Below are positions 1 to 8,438 of a DNA stretch of 55,837 bases, piece after piece. Below the pieces are notes generated by a model that worked only from the letters and a program-made list of their open reading frames with translations, did no database searches and was not told the DNA's origin. Position numbers and translations under genes: made by a program. This stretch comes from a virus (Duplodnaviria; Caudoviricetes). Every line of letters begins with the position of its first letter. Position 1 is the first letter of the stretch. The DNA lies in the IMG/VR virus record IMGVR_UViG_3300035072_000033, positions 1 through 55,837 of that record; one strand, given 5' to 3'.

Positions 1-37
1 CGCGAATGGCGAAGGTGATATATCGCATGATCGCCAT

Positions 38-127
38 GGAAGGGTGGCCGAGTGGTTTAAGGCAGCGGTCTTGAAAACCGCCGTGGGGGAAACTCCACCG
101 TGGGTTCGAATCCCACCCCTTCCGCCA
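38..127 (+). tRNA. tRNA-Ser(TGA), prophage integration target
   Basis: GGAAGGG/CCCTTCC acceptor stem, anticodon arm GCGGT-CTTGAAA-ACCGC (TGA at 72-74), long variable arm, GGTTCGAATCC T-loop, encoded CCA. Confidence 0.97.
65..127 (+). repeat. att core (left), 63 bp
   Basis: Identical to 55711-55773; flanking bases differ on both sides. Confidence 0.97.
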
Positions 128-196
128 TTTCAGAGGGTTATCGCTATTTTTGGCCCGCGCATTGGGCGCATTGGACGTGAACGGACGCGGTTCGTC

Positions 197-505
197 TTGG
201 CACGGGAGTCGGCACATTTCGTCGCCGTTGTGTTCCTGATTCTCGCCGGCGTCCTGGCGCTCGCTCCGCCGGTGGCCGCGAAGGCGCATCGGTCCGGGTG
301 GGCGCGGATGGCGTTTCGGGAGGGGCATCCTTGCCCGTCGACCGGCGCGACGCGCGGGAGTTGCCCCGGCTGGATCGTCGACCATATCGAGCCGATTTGC
401 TTTGGCGGGGCCGATGCGCCGTTCAACATGCAATGGGAGCCGCTACCCGAGTCTCTCGACAAGGACCAGCTGGAGCGCGCGGTTTGCCACGCGATGAGGA
501 GGTAA
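197..505 (+). CDS. HNH endonuclease-like protein with hydrophobic N-terminus (start uncertain: TTG 197 or GTG 230)
   Basis: CPSTG...CPGWIVDHIEPICFGGADAPFNMQW HNH signature; the listed ORF start at 44 runs through the tRNA and is spurious. Confidence 0.7.
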   Translation: MARESAHFVAVVFLILAGVLALAPPVAAKAHRSGWARMAFREGHPCPSTGATRGSCPGWIVDHIEPICFGGADAPFNMQWEPLPESLDKDQLERAVCHAMRR

Positions 506-508
506 GCC

Positions 509-733
509 TTGGCTCAGGTCATGATCGATTTGACCGACGGGATTGCCGATTATCGGGGCGACGATCTTCCAGATGGCACATTCTGGATTGATGACGGAAA
601 TATTTGCCTTCAGCTCGGCGACCTCCAAATCACAATGTCCTATGGGCAGGCGGAGCGACTTTTCGGCGCGTATCGTCAATGGCTCGACAGCGTTCCACCC
701 GAGCCTAACTTTGATTGTTCGACGTTCCCATAA
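509..733 (+). CDS. Small acidic hypothetical protein
   Basis: GAGGAGG upstream of the TTG start; follows the HNH gene directly. Confidence 0.55.
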   Translation: MAQVMIDLTDGIADYRGDDLPDGTFWIDDGNICLQLGDLQITMSYGQAERLFGAYRQWLDSVPPEPNFDCSTFP

Positions 734-764
734 AACGCAAAACCCCAGCCGCGATGAGGAGGTG

Positions 765-1049
765 ATGGCGATGACGAGACCGGCGTCGAAGATTGATCCA
801 CAAAAGCGCGATGAGATGATGGCGAGATATTTGGCGGGTGAAACCAGCAAATCCCTCGGCGCCGAATATGGCGTGAGCGCTTCTTATGCGCGCTCTTTCG
901 CGTCGGCGAGCGGAAAGACGAGGAATGGGAAGTGGCGCGGCGAAACCCAGAGGCGCGAGATTGCCGCCGCTCTCCACTCGCTCGCGGGCAGGCTTGGTGT
1001 CTCGCCGAACTACCTTTTCCTTTGCGCTAATGAGTTCCCGCCCGGTTGA
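765..1049 (+). CDS. Helix-turn-helix DNA-binding protein
   Basis: RYLAGETSKSLGAEYGVSASYAR HTH pattern; GAGGAGG RBS before ATG 765/771. Confidence 0.65.
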   Translation: MAMTRPASKIDPQKRDEMMARYLAGETSKSLGAEYGVSASYARSFASASGKTRNGKWRGETQRREIAAALHSLAGRLGVSPNYLFLCANEFPPG

Positions 1050-1060
1050 ACCTAAAACGC

Positions 1061-1095
1061 AAAAAGCCCCGCCGACCTCTCGATCGACGGGGCTT
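1061..1095 (-). terminator. Intrinsic terminator ending the leftward late operon (possibly bidirectional)
   Basis: Minus strand AAGCCCCGTCG...CGGCGGGGCTTTTT between convergent genes. Confidence 0.75.
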
Positions 1096-1130
1096 AATTG
1101 CCGGAAAATCCCGTAATTAACGCAACACGC

Positions 1131-1487
1131 TCACCCGATGTTGAGCGCCTTCTTCAAAGCCGGCCAACCGACGTTCGTCACGATCCACATCGCCACGCCG
1201 CCAACGCCAGCGGCGATGAAGCCGGCGACGCCGATGGCGATGTTGCGCTGGGTCTTGGTGATGATGTCGGCCCGCTCGAGCGCGGTGACGCGAACTTCCT
1301 TGTTCTCGCAGAGCCGCTCGATCCGCTCGGCCGTCGCGGCCAGGGAGTCAAGACGCTCGGGCAGCGGCCTTAGTTCGTTGATCGCCGCCCATAGGTCGCG
1401 GCGGTCCTTCTCGCAAAGCTCATTGTCCTTTTCGAGCGACGCTACGCGCTCGTTGATCGCTCTTTCCTGGACCGCTCTTTCCTGCAT
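1131..1487 (-). CDS. Coiled-coil protein with C-terminal TM helix (lysis accessory or holin-like)
   Basis: Heptad-rich N-terminus, hydrophobic IAIGVAGFIAAGVGGVAMWIV, end of late operon. Confidence 0.6.
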   Translation of the reverse strand: MQERAVQERAINERVASLEKDNELCEKDRRDLWAAINELRPLPERLDSLAATAERIERLCENKEVRVTALERADIITKTQRNIAIGVAGFIAAGVGGVAMWIVTNVGWPALKKALNIG

Positions 1488-1511
1488 CTTCGCGCGCCGC
1501 TCCGTGTTCGA

Positions 1512-1748
1512 TCAAGCCTTGGGCGGAACGAGCGGCCCAGCCTTATCCGACGACAGCGCGCTGATCAGCGGCGCGACCGCCAGCACGAACACGCCGACGA
1601 TGAAGGCGTCGGTCTGCTGGATCGCGTGCGTCGCGGCCGCCGGGATGTAATCCGGCAGCGCCAGCGTGCCCTTGGCGATCGCGTCGAGCACGGCGACCGC
1701 GCCGGCGACGACGAGGCCGGTCCTGGGATCGATGGTCGGAAACTTCAT
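1512..1748 (-). CDS. Small 2-TM membrane protein, holin candidate
   Basis: Two hydrophobic segments, 78 aa, ATGA-coupled to the upstream gene. Confidence 0.6.
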   Translation of the reverse strand: MKFPTIDPRTGLVVAGAVAVLDAIAKGTLALPDYIPAAATHAIQQTDAFIVGVFVLAVAPLISALSSDKAGPLVPPKA

Positions 1749-1972
1749 GGGGTCCCTCGCTTATAGAGATTGCAGGCCGTCACCAGATCGGCCCATTCGG
1801 CGTCGGAGAGGCGCATCTCGGCCAGCGGCCCGGGGAGGTCGTAGCCGCGCGCGTCGTCGCGGACCCTTTTGCCGCGGATCGTCACGACGATGGCGTTGCC
1901 CACGTCGTCGACCGAAATGAACGGCGGATAGCTCGATTCGGCCGGGGTATGTGAGGCGATGGTTTTTCGCAT
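1745..1972 (-). CDS. Hypothetical protein
   Basis: GGAG RBS; stop overlaps the next start. Confidence 0.6.
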   Translation of the reverse strand: MRKTIASHTPAESSYPPFISVDDVGNAIVVTIRGKRVRDDARGYDLPGPLAEMRLSDAEWADLVTACNLYKRGTP

Positions 1973-1990
1973 TTTTGGCGCTCCAGTGGG

Positions 1991-2812
1991 TCAGGCCGCG
2001 ATCTTGCCGCCGAGCGCATCGAAGTCGGCGACGAGCCCGGTCCAATCGAGCCCGGCCGGCGTCTTGGCGGTCGCGCGGGCCAGCGCGTCTTGCGAGATCA
2101 CCGTCCACAGCTCGCCGCCATAGCTGTTGGCGACGTATTTCTCGACCGCCGCCCAGGTCTGTATTCCGATCATGCCCCATGTATCGATCGTGACGCCGGC
2201 GAGGCCATAGCCGACGCCCACGAAGCAATGGCCGTTGTTCGGGTCGGACGCGCCGGCGACGTCCCAGGCGAAGCCGGAGCCGGACGGCATCGGGTCCACG
2301 TAGGCGCTCGGCAGCTCCTCGCCGAAATAGAGATTCTCGAACAGCCACAAGGCCGTCTTGATCTCGGTGAGATTGGCGGCGTCGACCGAAAGATAGCCGG
2401 CGATCTTGTGCGTCCCGTCGGCCAGCAGCCCGTGGTCGCGCCAGTAGCCGAGCACGGTCTCCTCGTCGCCGCCATTGTCGGTCGCGGGATCGCCAATCAC
2501 ATAGCCGGTCGAGCGGGCGTAGAACGCCTCCACCTGTTCGTCGCTCCAGGTGACCGGCGCGCCCGCTACGCCGAGCATCACGCCGTCGATATGGAACGCG
2601 CCGCTGGCGGTGCAGCAGCCGAGCCGGTCGTTGCACAGCACCTGCGCCAGCACGGCCGGGGCCTCGCTGGAATAATAGACAGCCGCGGGCGGCGGCGGCA
2701 GCGGCGGCGCCAGATAATCGCGCAGGAACAGCCGCGGACGGCGGATGGCCGGGCGCTTGCGGCCGAGCTTGTAGCTCTTGCCGGTCAACGGATGGATCAG
2801 CGTCTTGACCAT
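1991..2812 (-). CDS. Papain-like cysteine peptidase
   Basis: NDRLGCCT (Cys), GHCF (His), DTWG motif order typical of the papain fold. Confidence 0.65.
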   Translation of the reverse strand: MVKTLIHPLTGKSYKLGRKRPAIRRPRLFLRDYLAPPLPPPPAAVYYSSEAPAVLAQVLCNDRLGCCTASGAFHIDGVMLGVAGAPVTWSDEQVEAFYARSTGYVIGDPATDNGGDEETVLGYWRDHGLLADGTHKIAGYLSVDAANLTEIKTALWLFENLYFGEELPSAYVDPMPSGSGFAWDVAGASDPNNGHCFVGVGYGLAGVTIDTWGMIGIQTWAAVEKYVANSYGGELWTVISQDALARATAKTPAGLDWTGLVADFDALGGKIAA

Positions 2813-2839
2813 GATTTTATCCTTGAGGGGGAAGAGGGG

Positions 2840-3784
2840 TTAAAGCGCGTTCACGTCCTCGTTGCGCGAACGCAGATAGCGGTCGAACGCGCGCTCCAGA
2901 TCGGGCTTGGCGCCGGAGAATTCGAGCACGCCAAAAGTGTTGCGCTTCAAGTCCTCGATCGGGTCGAAGTCGTGCTGGACGAACGTCTCCCAGCGGCCGA
3001 CATAGGCGCGGTCCTGCTTGCGGCCGTGGAACAGATGCTCGATGCCGCCCGGCACGTAGCCGAGCTTGCCGTTGACATGCGCCTGTGCGCGGGCCTGCCA
3101 GCGCATCACCGCCGCGCGATAGGCACCGTTGACGTTGGCGGGAAGCGAGCGCTCCGCTTGGCCGGCGAGCGCCAGCGCCATGTGATGATCGCCCGAGCCC
3201 ATGCCGCCCTGCTCGAACAGGCCGCCGATGCGGTCGAGCGTCTCGCGCGTCCAGGCCCAGGCATAGCCGGAATGCGGATAGCAATAGGGGCCGCCGTCCG
3301 ACTGCCAGAAGGCCGCGCCCTTGCTCGTGACCGGGCCGCCCTCGTGGAACACCCGGCAGAAGCTGCGATGCGTCTGGATATGTTCGTCGTTGGGGCCGAG
3401 GTCATAGGCGGTCGACCACGGCTGCACGACCGGATAGAGCTGCAGCGCGTGCAGCGTCTCGGTGGCCCAGCCGGGCTTGCGAAAGGTGATGTCGGCGTCG
3501 AGCGTCGCGACATGGGCGGCGCCATCGGGGAGCCGCGCGATGCCGAGATTGAGCAGGCATTCCTTGTTCCACACCAGCGTGCGGGCGCGGACGGGAACAT
3601 GCGTGACGCGCGGGCCGGCGAGACCCGCCAGCTCGTGCGGCCGCGCGCCATAGGCGCATTCGACCAGCGTGACGTGAACATTGGGCTCGTCGAGCCAGGA
3701 CTCGATCGCCAGGCGCGCCAGATGAATGCGGCTCTCCCAGCGAATCGGATTGGCGATCGCCGCGACGATGTGAAGCAAATCCAT
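2840..3784 (-). CDS. GT-A-fold glycosyltransferase-like protein
   Basis: WNKECLLNLG, hydrophobic strand + DAD motif (VATLDADI), GGMGSGD, HLFHG. Confidence 0.6.
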   Translation of the reverse strand: MDLLHIVAAIANPIRWESRIHLARLAIESWLDEPNVHVTLVECAYGARPHELAGLAGPRVTHVPVRARTLVWNKECLLNLGIARLPDGAAHVATLDADITFRKPGWATETLHALQLYPVVQPWSTAYDLGPNDEHIQTHRSFCRVFHEGGPVTSKGAAFWQSDGGPYCYPHSGYAWAWTRETLDRIGGLFEQGGMGSGDHHMALALAGQAERSLPANVNGAYRAAVMRWQARAQAHVNGKLGYVPGGIEHLFHGRKQDRAYVGRWETFVQHDFDPIEDLKRNTFGVLEFSGAKPDLERAFDRYLRSRNEDVNAL

Positions 3785-3804
3785 TTAAGCCTCGCTCCGA
3801 ACGA

Positions 3805-3838
3805 GAAAAAAGCGCGCGGGACCATTCGCCCCGCGCGA
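3805..3838 (-). terminator. Intrinsic terminator
   Basis: CGCGCGGG/CCCGCGCG stem followed by a T-run on the minus strand. Confidence 0.55.
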
Positions 3839-3850
3839 ATCTGCGATCAA

Positions 3851-4129
3851 TTATTTTTCGAAGTTCCAAAGCGGTTCGATTTCCAGTTTCAAGCCGTTGA
3901 CCATTGGACTGTCCGCCTTATTCCAATCGAGCTTACCCTGTGAGCCGGAAGCGCTCACTTTGACCGCGAACTCAGGCGGATAAGTTTCCAGCGCCGCCGC
4001 GACGATCGCTGCCGCGCCATTTTTCAGCGACTGCTCCGGCTCATGCAGTCCGTGAATCCCATCAAAGTCTTTCGCTATTTTCTCCGCCACGGCGGAGGAA
4101 AAGCCCATACGGCTGACTGACCAACTCAT
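3851..4129 (-). CDS. Small hypothetical protein (MSWSVS...)
   Basis: GGGAGAAG RBS before ATG 4129. Confidence 0.7.
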   Translation of the reverse strand: MSWSVSRMGFSSAVAEKIAKDFDGIHGLHEPEQSLKNGAAAIVAAALETYPPEFAVKVSASGSQGKLDWNKADSPMVNGLKLEIEPLWNFEK

Positions 4130-4198
4130 CGTCTTCTCCCGTTTATGAAGGTCGAGCGCGCGGGGCCCACTCGCCCCGCGCGCGGAAAACAATCGGGC

Positions 4199-5224
4199 TT
4201 AGAGCCCCGCCTTGGCGACCGCCGAGGACAGGGCGCCGGCCGGCAGCGCGTTCGAGATCGCGCCGTTGATGCCGGCGGCCCCGCTCGTCAGATTGCCGTT
4301 GAACGTCGCGATGTCGTTGGCGATGTTGCCGGTCGGCACGAAGAACAGCCCGTTATTGCCGCCAAGGAAATTGGTGTGATAGGTCAGGCCGATTCGCACG
4401 CTCTCCTCGGTGAAGCGCTTGGTTCCGAGGAATTGCGACTGCTGCGCCGCGAACAACGCCGGCGTCGCGCCATAGAGCAGCCCGGCGCCCGCGACGGTGT
4501 GCGAGCCCCAGTCGGCGTGATCATATTCGAGCTTCACGCTCCAGCCGGGCATCGCCATCCATTCGACGCCGCCCTTGGCGTGCCAGCCCATGAAGGTCGG
4601 CCCCTGCGTCCCGAAGCCGCTGGCGACGTTATAGGGGCTGCCGGCGTAGACGCTCGAATTGGTCTTCAACATCGACGGACCACCGCCGGCGTAGGCCTGC
4701 AACGTCGGCGTCACGAGCCAGCCGACCTTGCCGGTTCCGTCGAGCCGGAAGGACCAGCCGGAGCCGATCTGCGCGACGGCGGGATAGCCGGCGAGCAGCG
4801 CCGGCGTCGCGAAGGTCACGGACTTTTCGTCGCCGCCCACCGGCAGGTCGGCGGAAGCCTCGAGCCCCAGCACCCAGTTACCCGCCTGATAATTGGCGCC
4901 GAGATTCGGGCTGAAGAAAAAGGCGCGGTTGTTGAGAACGGCGGTCGCGCCGCTGGCGTAGGCGTAGGGCTGAAACCCGGTCCCGACGCCGCTGTTATAG
5001 GCTTCCAGATTCATCGTCGGCGCGGAGTCGAAGGCGTAGCCGCCGGAGACGCCGAAATAGAGCCCGGTCCAGGAGACCACCGGCGCCTGGATCGGAACGG
5101 GCGCGGGAGCGGCCTTTCTGTTGGGAAGGTCGGCGGCGAAGGCGGGACCGGGAACGATCACAGGCCCGAACAGCAGCGCCAACGCGAGGGCGAGCCCCGC
5201 GAGGAGGTGATAAAACTTGGTCAT
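4199..5224 (-). CDS. Outer-membrane beta-barrel protein (Omp25/RopB-like) with C-terminal extension
   Basis: Signal peptide, ADLPNRKAAP-PAP..SWTGLYFGVSGGY, GWHAKGGVEW...WSVKLEY motifs. Confidence 0.85.
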   Translation of the reverse strand: MTKFYHLLAGLALALALLFGPVIVPGPAFAADLPNRKAAPAPVPIQAPVVSWTGLYFGVSGGYAFDSAPTMNLEAYNSGVGTGFQPYAYASGATAVLNNRAFFFSPNLGANYQAGNWVLGLEASADLPVGGDEKSVTFATPALLAGYPAVAQIGSGWSFRLDGTGKVGWLVTPTLQAYAGGGPSMLKTNSSVYAGSPYNVASGFGTQGPTFMGWHAKGGVEWMAMPGWSVKLEYDHADWGSHTVAGAGLLYGATPALFAAQQSQFLGTKRFTEESVRIGLTYHTNFLGGNNGLFFVPTGNIANDIATFNGNLTSGAAGINGAISNALPAGALSSAVAKAGL

Positions 5225-5296
5225 AAGGAATCCTCGATTGACCGGGGAACCGCCCGGCGCGGACGCGTCGTCTTCGGCCGAAAACGACGAATTTCG

Positions 5297-5770
5297 TTAG
5301 CGCCCCTCGCGCCAAGCCTCGAATGTCTTTTCGCGGATTTGCGGCTCAAGCGTTTCGAGGTAGGCGTCGCGCGTCGCAGCATCCACGCGCTCGCACCAAA
5401 AGCGCGACGAATTATCCGTGTAGTCTTGCACGGTCCCCTCGCACACATCCTTGAGCATCAGCACGTGGATGTCGCAGTTCTTAGTCCAAGTGGAATCGCA
5501 AAAGGCATAGAGGTCGCCGTAGCTCCGCTCAGATGCATGCACGTTGTCGATCTTGAACATCACGACTTCGAGAACGATCAGCGCCGCGAGCGCCAGGCGC
5601 GATAGGATTCTGAAATCACCGCTCCACGCCAGCACCAGCAAGACGCCGACGAAAATATGAGCCAGCGTCTCATAGAGACCTGGCCATCCAGCGAGGCCAT
5701 GGCCGGGTATCGTGAAACGCCCAAGCCCGCACAATGCCGAAGCCACGATAATTAGTATTGTCTTGTGCAT
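5297..5770 (-). CDS. Membrane protein (3 TM + Cys-containing domain)
   Basis: Hydrophobic N-terminal half; directly downstream of the endolysin. Confidence 0.65.
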   Translation of the reverse strand: MHKTILIIVASALCGLGRFTIPGHGLAGWPGLYETLAHIFVGVLLVLAWSGDFRILSRLALAALIVLEVVMFKIDNVHASERSYGDLYAFCDSTWTKNCDIHVLMLKDVCEGTVQDYTDNSSRFWCERVDAATRDAYLETLEPQIREKTFEAWREGR

Positions 5771-5771
5771 G

Positions 5772-6302
5772 TCAGGCTCCCTTGATCGCCTGCTTGGCGC
5801 GGCGCAGATAGACCGCGCGATCGGCGAAGCCGTTGAGGCCGCCGTTGATGCGCAGGGTTATGGTCTTGATGTCGTCGCGATCGGCGAAGACGTTCAGTGA
5901 ATGCTCCTTCCAGAACACGCCGGCGACATTGGCTGCGTGCGGGAACGACGCGACGATCTCCGGCCGCGACAGGAAATCGACCGCGAGGGCCTTCGACAGC
6001 CGCGCGTAATTGGCGCGGCCGGTCAGCATGCACAGACCGCGCCCCTTGAAGCGCTCGCCGTCGCCGGCCTGCGTGTTGCCGAGGTCGCGGCGTCCTTCAT
6101 AGGCGCGCCCGCTCGCTTCCTCGGTCAGATGCGTGTAGCCGTCCGTCTCCTGCGCCCATTGCGCGAGGAAATGCGCTTGGCGCAGCGGCGTCGAAAGCTC
6201 GAACCGCGCGCATAGCGCCGGGAAGAGGTCGGCGAGCCCGTGCGCGATATCGAGATGCGCCTGCGGCGCGATGCGCTTGACGACGAAGAACCAATCGGTC
6301 AT
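5772..6302 (-). CDS. Endolysin, glycoside hydrolase family 19
   Basis: AHFLAQWAQET, YEGRRDLGN, FKGRGLCMLTGRANY, TLRINGGLNG motifs. Confidence 0.92.
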   Translation of the reverse strand: MTDWFFVVKRIAPQAHLDIAHGLADLFPALCARFELSTPLRQAHFLAQWAQETDGYTHLTEEASGRAYEGRRDLGNTQAGDGERFKGRGLCMLTGRANYARLSKALAVDFLSRPEIVASFPHAANVAGVFWKEHSLNVFADRDDIKTITLRINGGLNGFADRAVYLRRAKQAIKGA

Positions 6303-6351
6303 CGCGGCCGTTCCTTGTTTGGCGGGGAAAGTTGGGGGCTCGGAGCCGGCG

Positions 6352-6432
6352 CTAGCGAAACAGCGGCGCGGCGAGCGAGGCCGCGAAGGCGCACAGCCAC
6401 GCGATGACGACGAGCCAGAGAAAGCCGCGCAT
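6352..6432 (-). CDS. 26-aa hydrophobic peptide
   Basis: MRGFLWLVVIAWLCAFAASLAAPLFR; start overlaps the upstream stop (TGATG). Confidence 0.45.
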   Translation of the reverse strand: MRGFLWLVVIAWLCAFAASLAAPLFR

Positions 6433-6662
6433 CAAAACGCCTCGGCGAAGTGAAGCGCGGCGACGACCGCCGCGAGCGTGAAGGCGAGATAGAAGCATTG
6501 GATCGCGGCGCGCTCGATCAACGCGCGGCGCGGACGCCGCCAGGTCGCGCGGTCGGAGAGGACGACGGGGCGCGGCTTCGCGGAATCGCGCCGCGCCCAA
6601 TCGAACACCAGCGCGCCGACGATCACCGCGGCGGCGAGGAAACAAAAGCCGGCGAGCGTCAT
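6432..6662 (-). CDS. Small 2-TM membrane protein
   Basis: MTLAGFCFLAAAVIVGALVF...; ATGA overlap with the upstream ORF. Confidence 0.6.
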   Translation of the reverse strand: MTLAGFCFLAAAVIVGALVFDWARRDSAKPRPVVLSDRATWRRPRRALIERAAIQCFYLAFTLAAVVAALHFAEAF

Positions 6663-6790
6663 CGCGCCTTCCTCTTGTTCGAACGCCCGCACGCGGCGCG
6701 CAGGATGATCGCCGCCGCGGCGAGCGGCAGGCCGATCAACGTCGGCGCGGCGAGGAGGGTCTCGACGAAATCCGCGCCGCGTCGACGCAT
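6659..6790 (-). CDS. 43-aa single-TM peptide (not in ORF track)
   Basis: MRRRGADFVETLLAAPTLIGLPLAAAAIILRAACGRSNKRKAR; stop overlaps the next start. Confidence 0.45.
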   Translation of the reverse strand: MRRRGADFVETLLAAPTLIGLPLAAAAIILRAACGRSNKRKAR

Positions 6791-6823
6791 GGCTGCTTCC
6801 CGATGATCGGCGGCGGCGTGCTT

Positions 6824-8428
6824 TTAAGCCACGTTCTGCAACAGCAGCTTGTTGACTGGCACCGCAATCGTCGGCGCGAGATAATCGTAACCCAGCCCGC
6901 TCGAGTGCAGGCCGTCGGGATAAAGCGCGCTGTTCCCGATAGCCGCGTATGGCCCCATCGTCGGGTCCGAGCCTACGTCAGCCAGCGCATCCGCCACGCT
7001 CGCCCACCCGGCAGTTACCAGCGGATTGAATACCTGCCTATATGTATCTCCGCCGCCTATGTCGCGCGGTAGCATCGTGACCAGCACGATTTTGTAACCG
7101 GCGGCGCGAACAATGCCGCAAAGGGTTTGCAAATCCGCCCACACCTGCGCCTCTTGAGTTGGCGTGGCGGCGAGGGAGTTCGTGCCGAGCCAGACAACCG
7201 CGATGTTGGTCGCGCCCGCTCGATAGCTCTGGGCAAGCCACGCGGCGGTGTATGCCTGCGCGGAAACGCATGTCGCGCCAGGGACGCCCTGATTAATGAT
7301 GCGCATGGGGCGGGCGAGCAGCGGGGCCAGCTTTTGCGGCAAATTGTCGATCTGCGCCTTTTGGCCATACAAGATGCTGTCGCCTACGAGAACAAGATTC
7401 TCCCGGATTTGCGGCTTGATGTCGAAAGCACAGAACGTCGCGAGTTGAAGCGTGGTCAGTTGCGCCGTGGTCAGCGCGGAATTCCAGACGATGAAGCCCT
7501 GCCAAAGCGCCGCAGCCTGAAAAACCCCAATGCCGCCAAGATTGCTCTCGCCGATCAATCCGCCGGCGGATACGGCTGTCGTGGAGAACGCGGCCCCGGT
7601 TACTTGATCCGTATTCGTGAACGAAGTGTAGCCGGACGCGCCGCTAATCAATCCGGCGAGGCAAGTCCTGCCGCTGTATTGTGCTTGAGCGTTATAGACC
7701 GTGCCATCGGATTTCACGAAGGTGTAAGAGGGGATGGTCGGGACGCCAACGAATCTGATAGAGGTCAGCGTTCCATTGGACGAAAGGTCCCATTCCAATT
7801 GCCCGTCGCCACCTGGCATTCCGATACAGGCGACCGAGAAGTTTTCCCGTGTTACCGCGACCCCCGATGGCAGAACGAAGTATTGAACGGTGCCCGACGT
7901 TTGGTCCATGCTGATCGCGGGGCGACCGTCAAGGAAGTGCTTGCCGATGGTAGGCCGGTTCGCCGCCGTGGGCTGCGTGGCGTGGTTCGCAGTGCTGTAG
8001 TGGTCATACCAAGTCGCGGATACCAAAGACGTATTCGCCATGAACGCGGACGCGCTATCCCAGTCTATCCAACCGCTCGAAAGAAACCCCACGTCAAGGT
8101 TAGCGCCGTCCGAAGCGCGCACGATATTAACGCAAGGTCCGCTGTAAGAATTAACAAGCTTCTTTATGCCGTATGCGCAAAGAACGGCCACACCAACGGC
8201 GTCGACGACCGGAGCGGAATTATTATAGAGCGTTTGCCACGCGGCGGCGCCCGCCGTATTACGGACGCATTTCCAGACATTCCCGCCGAACTGCCAATAA
8301 TCGTTTACGAGATACCCGGCGTTCACGTCGTCGTTATTATCCGGGGCGCGTTGATCGACTGTCTTTTGAGCAAGACGCAGGGCGGCCGCTTGGCCAAGGC
8401 TAAATGGAGGAGCTATCGGGCTAAGCAT
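6824..8428 (-). CDS. SGNH/GDSL esterase with N-terminal lectin/arabinofuranosidase-B-like domain (probable tail-associated)
   Basis: GDS, NQGVPG, GTN, DGLH blocks; AYGIKKL..YSGP..VRASD..WYD N-terminal domain. Confidence 0.8.
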   Translation of the reverse strand: MLSPIAPPFSLGQAAALRLAQKTVDQRAPDNNDDVNAGYLVNDYWQFGGNVWKCVRNTAGAAAWQTLYNNSAPVVDAVGVAVLCAYGIKKLVNSYSGPCVNIVRASDGANLDVGFLSSGWIDWDSASAFMANTSLVSATWYDHYSTANHATQPTAANRPTIGKHFLDGRPAISMDQTSGTVQYFVLPSGVAVTRENFSVACIGMPGGDGQLEWDLSSNGTLTSIRFVGVPTIPSYTFVKSDGTVYNAQAQYSGRTCLAGLISGASGYTSFTNTDQVTGAAFSTTAVSAGGLIGESNLGGIGVFQAAALWQGFIVWNSALTTAQLTTLQLATFCAFDIKPQIRENLVLVGDSILYGQKAQIDNLPQKLAPLLARPMRIINQGVPGATCVSAQAYTAAWLAQSYRAGATNIAVVWLGTNSLAATPTQEAQVWADLQTLCGIVRAAGYKIVLVTMLPRDIGGGDTYRQVFNPLVTAGWASVADALADVGSDPTMGPYAAIGNSALYPDGLHSSGLGYDYLAPTIAVPVNKLLLQNVA

Positions 8429-8438
8429 CGGCGCATCC

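Noticed and set aside
44-196. N-terminal part of ORF 44..505
   Set aside because: It is a translation of the tRNA-Ser gene and its trailer, not protein-coding
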